Position numbers and translations under genes: made by a program | DNA from: Anaeramoeba ignava BMAN | Lineage: Eukaryota; Protista; Anaeramoebae | Reading direction: 5' to 3' | NCBI GenBank assembly: GCA_028826165.1 | Contig: JAPDFW010000105.1 | Location: 124,001-188,000, forward strand | DNA length: 64,000 nucleotides | Shown: piece by piece, positions 47,862 to 59,303 of the stretch | Position numbering within the stretch: position 1 is the first letter of the stretch | How the letters are laid out: the number at the start of each line of letters is the position of its first letter | The notes under the pieces: generated by a model | The model's input: the letters and a program-made list of their open reading frames with translations, nothing else | What the model was told of the DNA's origin: nothing | Databases searched by the model: none

Positions 47862-50800
47862 TTAATTCATCCCAAACTTTTCTTTACTCATTTCTATCAA
47901 TAAATCAATTATGGAATTTTGATTTAATTGATAATAATCTTTTGCATCTGAAAATTCTTCAATAATTTTTTTTGTTAATTCTTTTTCTTTCAATTTATCA
48001 TAATAAAGAAAATAAACTAATTCTTGAATTGTTTGATATGATTTTCCTGAATAATCGTGAACTTGATTTGTTGAATCAACAACATTCAAAAACATTCCTT
48101 GATATAATTCACTTCTTAAAAATAAGACTAATTTATGAACTTTAATTTCTTTTTCTTCACAAATTATGCTAAAATCTTTCGTTGTTTCTTCTTTGTATAA
48201 ATTTTTGAAATCTCTTATTAATCCTAATCTTCCTTTTTTTGATTCAATCCAATTTGAATCAATCTCCATTTCTTTGAAAAATTGTGAAATTTTGCTTTTA
48301 TTTAAAAATTCCTTTTCTTTTTGTTGTTCAATTAGATCTTGAGATCTGAATCTTAAATTAATTTGTTTTTTAAATTCTTCAAATTCAAAAAAACCTGAAT
48401 AAATGAACTTTAAAATGATTTCAACTTCTTCTTTGCTTTTTTGTAAACAGTTATTAACAAAATTTTGTAAAATTGTTTCATCATTATCAAATCTTAATAA
48501 TAAAAATAATTTATGAACTTGGAATTTGTAAAAATCTTTTGTTTCAATTTGGAAATCTGTTAATTGGTTTGATTTAAATAATTTATTCATATCTTCATTA
48601 ATTGAATAAATTTGATTTAATTTTGAAATTAATTCTCTGGAAAGATTTTTATTAATTGGATTATCTAAATAAGAAATAATTGCATCATTCATTAATAATA
48701 AATTTATAATGTTCGTTTTTTTATCTTGAATTGAATTTTCTAAAATTGTTTTTTGAGCATGATCTTTTAAATTGATATTAACTCCTTTTTTTAATAAAAA
48801 TTGAATAATTTCATTTGAATTGTTTTTATAAGCAATTTCTAAAAGTGATATTTTACTTGAAAATGTTGAATAATATTCTAAATTCATATTAACATCAAAT
48901 CCTTTTCGAAACATTAATTTTAAAATTTGAATTGAATTATTTTCACAAACAATAAACAATGGTGTTTTTAAATTGTTGTTTCTAACATTAAAATCAGCTC
49001 CTTTTTCAATTAATAATTCTGCAATTTTATTTGATTTTTTTTTACAAGCAATATGTAAAGGTGTTTTGGATTTATTATTTTTAATATTAACATCAGCTCC
49101 TTTTTCAATCAATAATTTAATAATTTTGATTGAATTTTCATTCTGATTTTGAGAAAAGAAATGTAATAATGTTTCTTTTTTTCTATTTTGAACATTAACA
49201 TCAGCTCCTTTTTCAATCAATAAAGTAACAATTTCAAATGATTTTCTTTGCCAAGCAATTTGTAAAAGAGATTGATTAAATTTATTCTTGGAATTAACAT
49301 CAGCTCCTTTTTCAATCAATAATTTAATAAATTCAATTTTGTTTTTATGAATTAAAATTTGTAAAGGAGTTTCTTGATTTTTTGTTTTTGCATTAATATC
49401 AGCACTTTTTTCAATTAATACTTTAATAAATTCACTTGAATTTGAATTTGGATTTTGACAAGCATAATGTAAAGGAGTTTCTTGATTTTTTGTTTTTGCA
49501 TTAATATCAGCACCTTTTTCAATTAATAATTTGAAAATTTGAATGGAGTTTTCATTCTGATTTTGGCAAATAAAATGTAAAGGTGTTTCTTCATTTCTTG
49601 TTTTAATATTAATATCTGCTCCTTTTTCAATTAATAATTTAATAATTTCAACAGAGTTTTCATTTTTACTTTGAAAAGCATAATGTAAAGCAGTTTTACT
49701 TTCATTTCTGTTTTTAATATTAATATCAGCACCTTTTTCAATTAATAATTTGATAATTTCAATAGAATTTGGATTTTGACTTTGACAAATAAAATGTAAA
49801 GGTGTTTCTTGAAATATTGTTTTTGCATTAATATCAGCACCTTTTTCAATCAATAATTTGATAATTTCAATCAAATTTGGATTTTGACTTTGACAAATAA
49901 AATGTAAAGGTGTTTCTTTTACTTCATTTCTTGTATTAATATTAGCACCGTTTTCAATTAATAATTTGATAATTTCAAATGAATTTTCATTTAAATTTTG
50001 ATCTTGGCAAATAAAATGTAAAGGTGTTTTTTTATCTCTATCTTGAGAATTAATATCAGCACCTTTTTCAATTAACAATTTAATAAATTCAATCGAGTTT
50101 TCATTTCTATTTTGACAAATAAAATGTAAAGGTGTTTTTTGATCTCTATCTTGAGAATTAATATCAGAACCTTTTTCAATTAATAATTTTATAGTTTCAA
50201 TTGAATTTTTGTTTTGACTTTTAAAAGCAAAATGTAATGATGTTTCTTGATTTTTGTTTTTGACATTAACATCAGCTCCTTTTTCAATTAACAAATTTAT
50301 AATTTCAATCGAATTTTCATTTGGACTTTGACAAATAAAATGTAAAGGAGTATTTTGTTCAATTGTTTTTGCATTAATGTCAGCTCCGTTTTCAATCAAT
50401 AAATTGATAATTTCGCTTGAATTTCTGTTTTGACTTTGACAAGAATAATGTAAAGGAGTTTCTTGATTTCTGTTTTTGATATCAACATCAGCTCCTTTTT
50501 CAATTAACAAATTTATAATTTCAATCGAATTTTCATGTAACCTTTTGCAATAAAAATGTAAAAGTGTTTCTTCTTTTTCATTTTTGACATTGATATCAAT
50601 CCCTTTTTCAATTAATAACTTGATAAATTCAATTGCAATTTCGTTTTGACTTTGGCAAATTAAATGTAAAAGTAATTCCTGATCTTTGTTTTTGTCAATT
50701 ACATTCGCTCCGCTTTCAATTAATAATTTGATAATTTCAATTTTGTTGTTTTGAATTGAAATTTGTAAAGGAGTTTCTTTTTTTCTATTTTGGATATTAA

Positions 50801-52073
50801 TATCAGCACCTTTTTCAATCAACAATTTCATAATCTCACTTGAATTTCTGTTTTGACTTTGACAGGTATAATGTAAAGGTGTTTCTTCATTTTTGTTTTT
50901 AGCATTAACATCAGCACCTTTTTCAATTAAAAATTTCGTAATTTCAAATGAATTTTCGTTTTGACTTTGACAGGCATAATGTAAAGGTGTTTCTTGATTT
51001 CCAGTGTTGATATCTACATTAATTCCCTTTTCAATCAATAATTTCACAATTTCAAACGCATTTCTGTTTTGACTTTGACAGGCATAATGTAAACAATTTT
51101 GTTGTTTTCGATTTTTGACAGTTACATTAACTCCCTTTTCAATCAATAATTTCACAATTTCAAACGCATTTCCGTTTTGACTTTGGCAAATTAAATTCAA
51201 AGGTGTTTCTTGACTTGTGTTTTTGGCATTGATATCAACTCCTTTCGAAATTAATAATCTTATTATTTCAATGCAATTTTCGTTTTTATTTTGACAAGCA
51301 AAATGCAAAGGTGTTTCTTTTTTTTTTGTTCTGCAATTAATATCACTTCGCTTTTCAATCAATAACTCCACAATTTCAATGGATTTTTCGTTTTGATTTT
51401 CGCAGGCAAAATGTAAAGGTAATTTATTAAACTGATTTTTGACAGTTACATCAGCACCTTCTTCAATCAATAATTTCACAATTTCAAACGCATTTCTGTT
51501 TTGACTTTGGCACGCATAATGCAAAGGTGTTTCTTGATAATTATTTTCGGCATTTACTCGAAAACCGCTTTCAATCAATAATTTCACAATTTCAAACGCA
51601 TTTTCGTTTTGACTTTGACAGGCAAAATGTAAAGGTGTTTCTTGATAATTATTCTGCGCATCAATATCTACCTCTTTTTCAACCAACAATTTCACAATTT
51701 CAAACGCATTTTCGTTTTGACTTTGACAGATGAAATGTAAAGGTGTTTGTTGATACTCGTTTTTGGCATTAACATCTGCTCCTTTTTCAACAAGGAATTC
51801 AACAATTTTGCTTGTGTTTTCGTGTTGACTTTGGCAGGCGTAATGCAAAGGTGTTTCATATTTGTTGTTTTTTACATTAACATCTGCTCCTTTTTCAACT
51901 AATTTTTTCACAACTTCAATTGAATTTTTGTGTTGGTTTTTACAAGCCGAATGCAAAAAAGTCTCATTAAAATTGTTTTTGGAATTCACATCAATTTCTT
52001 TTTCAATAATAGATTGAATAATTTCGATAGAATCATTTAAAGAAGAATTGAATAAATTTTCTTTTTCTTCCAT
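47862..52073 (-). CDS. Ankyrin-repeat (~30 repeats) + tandem BTB protein, intronless
   Basis: ETPLHFICQSQNxNSIEIIKLLIEKGADIN repeats; FQVHKLFLLLRF and KVHKLVLFLRSELYQGMF BTB motifs; start set at MEEKENLF (52073), just downstream of TTTCATTT motifs. Confidence 0.92.
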   Translation of the reverse strand: MEEKENLFNSSLNDSIEIIQSIIEKEIDVNSKNNFNETFLHSACKNQHKNSIEVVKKLVEKGADVNVKNNKYETPLHYACQSQHENTSKIVEFLVEKGADVNAKNEYQQTPLHFICQSQNENAFEIVKLLVEKEVDIDAQNNYQETPLHFACQSQNENAFEIVKLLIESGFRVNAENNYQETPLHYACQSQNRNAFEIVKLLIEEGADVTVKNQFNKLPLHFACENQNEKSIEIVELLIEKRSDINCRTKKKETPLHFACQNKNENCIEIIRLLISKGVDINAKNTSQETPLNLICQSQNGNAFEIVKLLIEKGVNVTVKNRKQQNCLHYACQSQNRNAFEIVKLLIEKGINVDINTGNQETPLHYACQSQNENSFEITKFLIEKGADVNAKNKNEETPLHYTCQSQNRNSSEIMKLLIEKGADINIQNRKKETPLQISIQNNKIEIIKLLIESGANVIDKNKDQELLLHLICQSQNEIAIEFIKLLIEKGIDINVKNEKEETLLHFYCKRLHENSIEIINLLIEKGADVDIKNRNQETPLHYSCQSQNRNSSEIINLLIENGADINAKTIEQNTPLHFICQSPNENSIEIINLLIEKGADVNVKNKNQETSLHFAFKSQNKNSIETIKLLIEKGSDINSQDRDQKTPLHFICQNRNENSIEFIKLLIEKGADINSQDRDKKTPLHFICQDQNLNENSFEIIKLLIENGANINTRNEVKETPLHFICQSQNPNLIEIIKLLIEKGADINAKTIFQETPLHFICQSQNPNSIEIIKLLIEKGADINIKNRNESKTALHYAFQSKNENSVEIIKLLIEKGADINIKTRNEETPLHFICQNQNENSIQIFKLLIEKGADINAKTKNQETPLHYACQNPNSNSSEFIKVLIEKSADINAKTKNQETPLQILIHKNKIEFIKLLIEKGADVNSKNKFNQSLLQIAWQRKSFEIVTLLIEKGADVNVQNRKKETLLHFFSQNQNENSIKIIKLLIEKGADVNIKNNKSKTPLHIACKKKSNKIAELLIEKGADFNVRNNNLKTPLFIVCENNSIQILKLMFRKGFDVNMNLEYYSTFSSKISLLEIAYKNNSNEIIQFLLKKGVNINLKDHAQKTILENSIQDKKTNIINLLLMNDAIISYLDNPINKNLSRELISKLNQIYSINEDMNKLFKSNQLTDFQIETKDFYKFQVHKLFLLLRFDNDETILQNFVNNCLQKSKEEVEIILKFIYSGFFEFEEFKKQINLRFRSQDLIEQQKEKEFLNKSKISQFFKEMEIDSNWIESKKGRLGLIRDFKNLYKEETTKDFSIICEEKEIKVHKLVLFLRSELYQGMFLNVVDSTNQVHDYSGKSYQTIQELVYFLYYDKLKEKELTKKIIEEFSDAKDYYQLNQNSIIDLLIEMSKEKFGMN

Positions 52074-52423
52074 TTCAAAAAAAAGATGAAAAAAATGAAA
52101 ACAAAAACAAAAACAAAAACAAAAACAAAACAAAAACAAAAACAAAAACCAAAACCAAAACAAAAACAAAAACAAAAACAAAAACAAAAAATGAAAACAA
52201 AAACAAAACAAAGAAGAAAAACAAAAACAAAACAAAAACGAAAACAAAAATAAAAAAGTGGAACAAAAAAAGTGGATTTTAATTTTGATTTTGATTTTAA
52301 TTTTGGATTTTTATTTTGATTTTAATTTTAATTTTGATTTTGATTTTGATTTTAATTTTGATTTTGATTTTGATTTTGATTTTAATTTTGAATTTGATTT
52401 TGAATTAAAAAAAATAATCATTC

Positions 52424-52445
52424 ATTTAAATGACGTCATTTAAAT
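52424..52445. promoter_or_regulatory. 22-bp perfect palindrome with CRE core TGACGTCA
   Basis: ATTTAAATGACGTCATTTAAAT between divergent starts at 52073 and 52527. Confidence 0.5.
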
Positions 52446-52526
52446 TAAATAAAGAAAAAGAAAAAAATTAAAAAAATTTTTTTTCATTTTTTTCAATTCT
52501 TATTCATTTTTTGATTTAAAAAAAAA

Positions 52527-55500
52527 ATGACAAAATCATTTACATCAGTTGATGTTCGAGTTATGACAGAAATCATATCAGAAAAATGCAAAGGATACAG
52601 ACTTCAAAATATTTACAGTTTAACATCTTCTATTTATCTTTTAAAATTTAGTGTTCCAAATCATAAACAAATGGTTTTAGTTGAAGCTGGTGTTCGTGTT
52701 CATCCTACTAAATTTGAAAGGAAAAAATCCCTTTTTCCAACTCCTTTTACTTTGAAATTGAGAAAGCATATTAAGACTAAAAGGTTGGAAAGTGTTATTC
52801 AGTTTGGAATTGATCGGACAATTGATTTTCATTTTGGAACTCATCATTTAATAGTTGAATTATTTTCAAAAGTGAATATTTATTTCAAAATTATTTATAA
52901 AATTATTTATAAAATTTATTTATAAAAATTATTTCAAAAATTATTTATAAAATTATTTATAAAATTTATTTCAAAATTTATTTCAAAATTTATTTCAAAA
53001 TTTATTTCTAAATTATTTATAAAATTTATAAAATTTATTTATAAAATCTATTTATAAAATTATTTCTAAATTATTTATAAAATTATTTCTAAATTATTTA
53101 TAAAATTTATTTATAATTTATTTCTAAAATTTATAAAATTTATTTTCAAAATTTATTTATAAAAATTATTTTTAAAATTTATTATAATTTATTTCTAAAT
53201 TTATTTATAAAATTTATTTCAAAAATTATTTATAAAAATTATTTATAAAAATTATTTCAAAATTTATTTATAAATTTATAAAATTATTTATAAAATTATT
53301 TCTAAAATTATTTATAAAATTTATTTATAAAAATTATTTATAAAAATTATTTATAAATTATTTATAAAAATTATTTTTAAAATTTATTATAATTTATTTC
53401 TAAATTTATTTATAAAATTTATTTCAAAAATTATTTATAAAAATTATTTATAAAAATTATTTCAAAATTTATTTATAAATTTATAAAATTATTTATAAAA
53501 TTATTTATAAAATTATTTATAAATTCATTTATAAAATTATTTATAAATTCATTTATAAAATTTATTTATAAAATTTATTTATAAAATTATTTATAAAATT
53601 TATTTATAAAATTATTTATAAAATTTATTTATAAAATTATTTATAAAATTATTTATAATTTATTTATAAAATTATTTATATAATTTATTTATAAAATTAT
53701 TTATAATTTATTTATAAAATTATTTATATAATTTATTTATAAAAATTTATTTATAAAATTTATTTATAAAATTATTTCTAAATTTATAAAATTCATTTAT
53801 AAATTTATTTATAAAATATATTTATAAAATTTATAAAATTTATTTCAAAATTTATTTATAAAAATTATTTCAAAATTTATTTCAAAAATTATTTATAAAA
53901 TTATTTATAAAAATTATTTCAAAATTTATTTATAAAATTTATTTATAAAATTCATTTAATTTATTTATAAAATTATTTATAAAATTTATAAAATTTATTT
54001 ATAATTTATTTCTAAATTTATTTATAAAATTATTTATAAATTTATTTATAAAATTTATTTTAAAAATTATTTATAAAATTATTTTAAAATTTATTTATAA
54101 TTTATTTCTAAATTTATAAAATTCATTTCTAAATTTATAAATTATTTATAAAATTTATAAAAAAAGGGAAATGTTATTCTGACAGACTTAGATTATAGAA
54201 TTGTTGCTCTTTTAAGAACACATAAATATGATGATGATGTCCTTTTAGCTGTTAACCAAATTTACTCATTTTCAGAAATGAAACAATTTAAACAATTTAC
54301 AAAAGAAGAAATAATTGAAACAATTACACAAGATTTCCAACAATTTCAACAAACAAATCCAACAAAAAAATCCATTTTGAAAAAAAAAGAAGATCAAACA
54401 GAAATAAATATAGAAAATGAAAATGAAAAAGAAAAAGAAATACCTTTACTTGATAAAACAACACTTCTTAATTATATCAATAAGAAAATCAATTTTGGAA
54501 TGCCTCTTTGTGAACATTTTATTCGATTATCAGGAATAAAACCAAATATCAAAGTTTTACAATTTCTTAAAAACGATCAAAAAAATAATTTTGATTCTTT
54601 GAATTTATTAGCTTCTAAAATTTTGGAAGGTCAAGAATATTTAAAAAATCCTTTAAGTTTTGAAAAAAAAGGATTTATTATTTTAGTTCCTAAAAAAAAT
54701 GAACAAAAAAATGAGCAGAAACAAGAAAAGAAAAATCAAAATCAAAATCAAAATAGTAAACTTTCTCGAAAAGAAAAAGGAAGATTAAAAGAATTAATGA
54801 GAAAACAAAAATGAATGAAAATCAAAATCAAATTGAAAATCAAAATCAAAATCAAAATCAAAATCAAAATCAAAATCAAATTGAAAAAGAAAAGGAAAAT
54901 AAAATTGAAAATCAAAATCAAAATCAAAATCAAATTCAAAATGAAAAAGAAAATGAAAATGAAAAAGAATATGAATATTATGGATATTCACCAATTCTTC
55001 TAACTCAATACAATAATCCTTCAATTCGTAATTTTAAATATATTGAATATCCAACTTTTGAAGAAGCAGTTGATGAATATTTCCAAAAATTCGAAATTGA
55101 AAAATTAGAAGATAAAAGAAACACATTGGAAATGAATGTAACAAAAAAAGTAGAAGGGATAAAAGATAGTCAATCAGATCGATTAGAAAAATTAGTTTCA
55201 GATCAAAAAATCGCGCTTAAAAAAGCCAAAATTTTAGAAACAAATCTTGAAATTGTTGAAAGATGTCTTGAAATCATCAAAAGTGCAGTTAATTCAGGAC
55301 TTGATTGGAGTCTTTTAGAAACAATGATCCAAGACGAAAAAAAGAAGGAAAATCCAGAAGCATTAATTATTCAAAAACTAGATTTAGCAAAAGATAAAAT
55401 CACTTTATCATTTGAGGATCTTTTGGATGAAAATGATAATCAAAACGAAAACGATAATTTGGAAGAAGAAAAAAATAGGAACATCTTGATTGATGTTTTT

Positions 55501-57093
55501 GTCTCATTAACAGCTTATGCAAATGCACAATATTATTATCAGGAGAAAAAAAAACTTGCTGAAAAAGAAACAAAGACTCGAGAGGCAAGAAAACGGGTTT
55601 TAAGAAAAGCAGAGCAAAAAACAAAAGCAAAACTCGAGGATCTTGGCGATCGTGTTTCAAATACAACTTTGAAACAACTTCGCAAGTTGATGTGGTTTGA
55701 GAAATTCTATTGGTTCATTTCCTCAGATAGTTATATTGTTGTTGCAGGAAGAGATGCTCAACAAAATGAGTTATTAGTGAAAAAATATATGAAAAAAAAC
55801 GATGTTTTTGTTCATGCAAATATTCATGGAGCTGCAACCGTTGTTGTCAAAAATTTCCCGTCAGGTGGCCCTATTCCTGAAACTACACTTGTTGAAGCAG
55901 GCACTTTTAGTATTGTCAGAAGTGCTGCTTGGAAAACAAAAGTCACAACAAGTGCTTGGTGGGTTCATTCTTATCAAGTCTCAAAAACTGCTCAATCAGG
56001 TGAATATTTATCAACTGGCAGTTTTGTTATTCGTGGAAAGAAAAATTTCCTTCCTCCTTCTTATCTTGTAATGGGTATTGGTCTTCTTTTCCGTTTGGAA
56101 GATTCTTATTTAAAATATCACGAACATGAACATAATCAAAAATTATTTTCAGTTTTGAAAGGGGAACAAAAAAACAAAGAAGAAATTAAAGAAGAAATTC
56201 AAGAAGAAATTAAAGAAGAAATCAAAGAAGAAATTAAAGAAGAAATCAAAGAAGAAATTAAAGAAGAAATTAAAGAAGAAATTAAAGAAGAAATTCAAAA
56301 TGAAAATGAAAATGAAAATGAAAATGAAATCAAAGAAGAAATTCAAAAACCAATCAAAAAGAAAACTTATCTTTCAGCAAGACAAAAAAAACTCAAAAAA
56401 AAAGGTCGTGATATCAATGAACCTAAAAAAGAAATCCCAAAAAAAGATACAGAAGCTGTCATCCAAAATGCTAAAAACAAATATAAAGAACCAGATCCAA
56501 AATCATTTTCAAATACAAGAAGAGAAAAGAAATTAAAGAAAAAGAAAACAAAAAAAGTCAACGAAATTAATGATTTGAAGCAAAAAGAAGTGATGAACCA
56601 AATTTTAAACCAAAACATTCAAAATCAAGAAAATTCAAATAATCTCGAAACAGATTCTCCCAATTCACAAATCATTGAAGATGTCGATCAAAATACACAA
56701 GAATCAGAAGAAACTTCTACAATAGATAACGAATTAGGTATTATTAAATTCTTGACAGGAAATCCCCGTCCAAATGATGAACTTCTTTATGCCATTTCAA
56801 TGTGTGCACCTTATTCTGCAATTGAAAGATGCAAATATAAACTCAAACTTGTTGCTGGAACAGAAAAAAAAGGAAAGCTTTTGAAAACTATTATTCATAA
56901 TTTCCTTAAACAAGTTTCAGAAAAAGAAGCAGCTCTTGTTCATATAATGGAATATCCAATTATGGAACAAGCTTTAATTGGAAATGCAAGAATTGAATAT
57001 GAAAATGATTCAAATTCAAAAAAAGGAAATAAAAATAAAAATCAAACCAAAAATCAAAACAAAAACAAAAATACAAATAAAAGCAAAAAATAA
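52527..57093 (+). CDS. NEMF: Ribosome quality-control factor NEMF/Rqc2 (one intron; apparent 1-nt frameshift at ~54810)
   Basis: FTSVDVR...GYRLQNIY...FTLKLRKHIKTKRLESVIQFGIDRTIDF...LIVELFSK|GNVILTD (intron 52872-54166); WFEKFYWFISSDSYIVVAGRDAQQNELLVKKY; VSKTAQSGEYLSTGSFVIRGKKNFLPP. Confidence 0.93.
52872..54166. repeat. Intron filled with a degenerate TTATTTATAAAA repeat
   Basis: No G seen between the donor GTG and the acceptor AG. Confidence 0.9.
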
Positions 57094-57438
57094 CAATAAA
57101 AACAATAAAAACAATAAAGAAATCAAAAAGATTTAAAAAATTTTAATTTTAATTTTTTAATTTTAAATTTAATTTAATTTAAAGTTTAATTTTGTGCACT
57201 TTTTTCTTTTAAATTAAATTTAAATTTATATTAAAATTAAAATCAAATTTTCTTAATTAATTTCAATTCCAAAATGTATTTAAAAAAATAAATTTCAATA
57301 AATAATTAAAAAAAAGTGGAAATGTCAAAAAAAAAAAAAAAAAAAGTGGAATTTGTTTTTTTTGTTTTTTTTGATCAATTTTTTTAAAAAAAAACAAATT
57401 CCATTTTTTTTTTAATCTAAATTAATTAAATAAATAAA

Positions 57439-59183
57439 ATGAATTCAAATAAAGAAAATAAAGAAAATAAAGAAAATTTTCTTTCTAAATTTGAACAAAA
57501 AGTAAGTAAAAAAAAGTGAAAAAAAAAATATATAAAATAATCAAAAAAAAAAAACAACAAAAGAATTTAGGAATTCCTTTTAAATATTTTAAAGGAAGAA
57601 AAAGAAATGAAAATAAAAATGAAAATATGGAAATTTTTGTTTCAGAAGAAATTCCAAAATTAAAAACAAAAGAAAGGAAATTAAAAATTAAAGAAAAAAA
57701 ATCAAGAAAAACAAAATCAAAACCAAAAATATCAAAACAAAGAATTTCTGTAAGTTTTTTATTAAATCAAAATTAAAATCAAAATTAAAATCAAAATCAA
57801 AATCAAAATCAAAATCAAAATCAAAAATAAAATCAATAATAAAAATAAAATTAAAATCAAAATTAAAATCAAAATTAAAATTAAAATCAAAATCAAAATC
57901 AAAATCAAAATCAAAATCAAAATCAAAATCAAAATCAAAATCAATATCAAAATCAAAATCAATATCAAAATCAAAATTAAAATCAAAATCAAAATCAAAA
58001 TCAAAATCAAAATCAAAATCAAAATCAAAATCAAAATCAAAATCAAAATCAAAATCAAAATCAAAATCAAAAATAAAATTAAAATCAAAAATAAAATCAA
58101 AAATAAAATCAAAATCAAAAATAAAATTAAAATCAAAAATAAAAATAAAATCAAAATCAAAATCCAAAACAAAAATAAAATCAAAAATAGATTCCAAATA
58201 AAATTCAAGGAATTTTTAATAAAGGAAGAAGATCTGAAAAAATAACTCAATCCAAAATAAATCAAATTCAAAACCAACAAGTTTTTTTAGAATCTGAATT
58301 TTTTGGAACAAATTCAAATGAAAATTCAACTGAAAATTCAAATCCAAATGAAAATTCAAATTCAAATTCAAATCCAAATAAAAATTCAAATCAAAATTCA
58401 AATCCAAATTCAAATTCAAATTCAAATCAAAATTCAAATCCAAATCCAAATTCAAATTTAAATTCAAATTCAAATGAAAATTCAATTCAAAATTCAAATC
58501 AAAATGAAGAAATTTTCCAAAATAGAAAAAGAGAATTATTCCAAAAATCAAATTCAAATTCAAATTCAAAATCAAATTCAAATTCAAATTCAAATTCAAA
58601 TTTTGAAATTAAAAGATTAAAAAATCAAAATTTAATTCAAAATTCAAATTTTAATATTGAAAGTGGAACAAAAAAAAATTCTCAAAAAATTAATCAAAAC
58701 AAAAAAAATATTTATCAATCTTTCCTTTCAAATTCTCAAAAAAAAGAAATTGAGGAAAAATTAGAAGAAAGAGAAAAAAGAATTGAAATGTTAAGTGAAG
58801 GAAAAAAAATTAAAGAAAATGAATTTTTTCAAGAATTTTTAAATGAAGCTTCTGATAATTTTGAAAAGAGTTTCGAAGAAAAATTATCGAAAAAAAATTC
58901 TAAAAAAGATCAAATAAGGAAAAAATTATTTGATTTGGAAAGTGAAAATTCAAAAGGAGAAGAAATTGATTTTACAAAAGATTCTTTTCAAGGAATTATT
59001 TTTTATCAACCAAAATTAAAAGAAGAAGATTATGGAGTAAAAATTATTGGTAAATTTAAAGAAATTTTAACTAAAAAAATTGAAAAAATTATTTTAGAAA
59101 ATCAAAAAGAAGAAAAAGAAAAAGAAAAAGAAGAAAAAGAAGAAAAAGAATTTGATTTTTCTCCAATTAATGATTTAAAATAA
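57439..59183 (+). CDS. Hypothetical K/N/S/E-rich protein, 3 exons
   Basis: ATG at 57439 in A-rich context; GTAAGT donors at 57502 and 57750; acceptor at 58190 opens a frame continuous with ORF 58788..59183; first acceptor ambiguous (57563 or 57570); no recognisable domain. Confidence 0.5.
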
Positions 59184-59303
59184 ATAAAAATTAAAATAAA
59201 AATTAAAATTAAAATTCATTTTTTTCCTTTTTTTCTTTTTTCTTTTTATTAAAAAAAAATAAAACAAAAAAAAATTTTTTTTAATTTAAAAAACAAAAAA
59301 AAA

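Noticed and set aside
52074-52247. Hydrophobic F/C/L-rich N-terminal extension of the 1461-aa ORF as a signal or TM segment
   Set aside because: Encoded by a (TTTTTG)n tract upstream of the initiator-like motifs; the real start is more likely 52073
36030-54814. Euplotes-type programmed frameshifting at AAA-TGA (36037, 54812)
   Set aside because: The required shifts differ (+1 versus -1/+2), RCC1 similarity places the shift ~35 nt earlier, the other breaks lack the motif, and AAA before a stop is expected by chance in A-rich DNA
38862-57093. Functional clustering of UBX and NEMF with the ubiquitin adaptors as an operon-like unit
   Set aside because: Mixed orientations, unrelated genes interspersed and individual promoter motifs; more simply explained by genome-wide abundance of BTB genes
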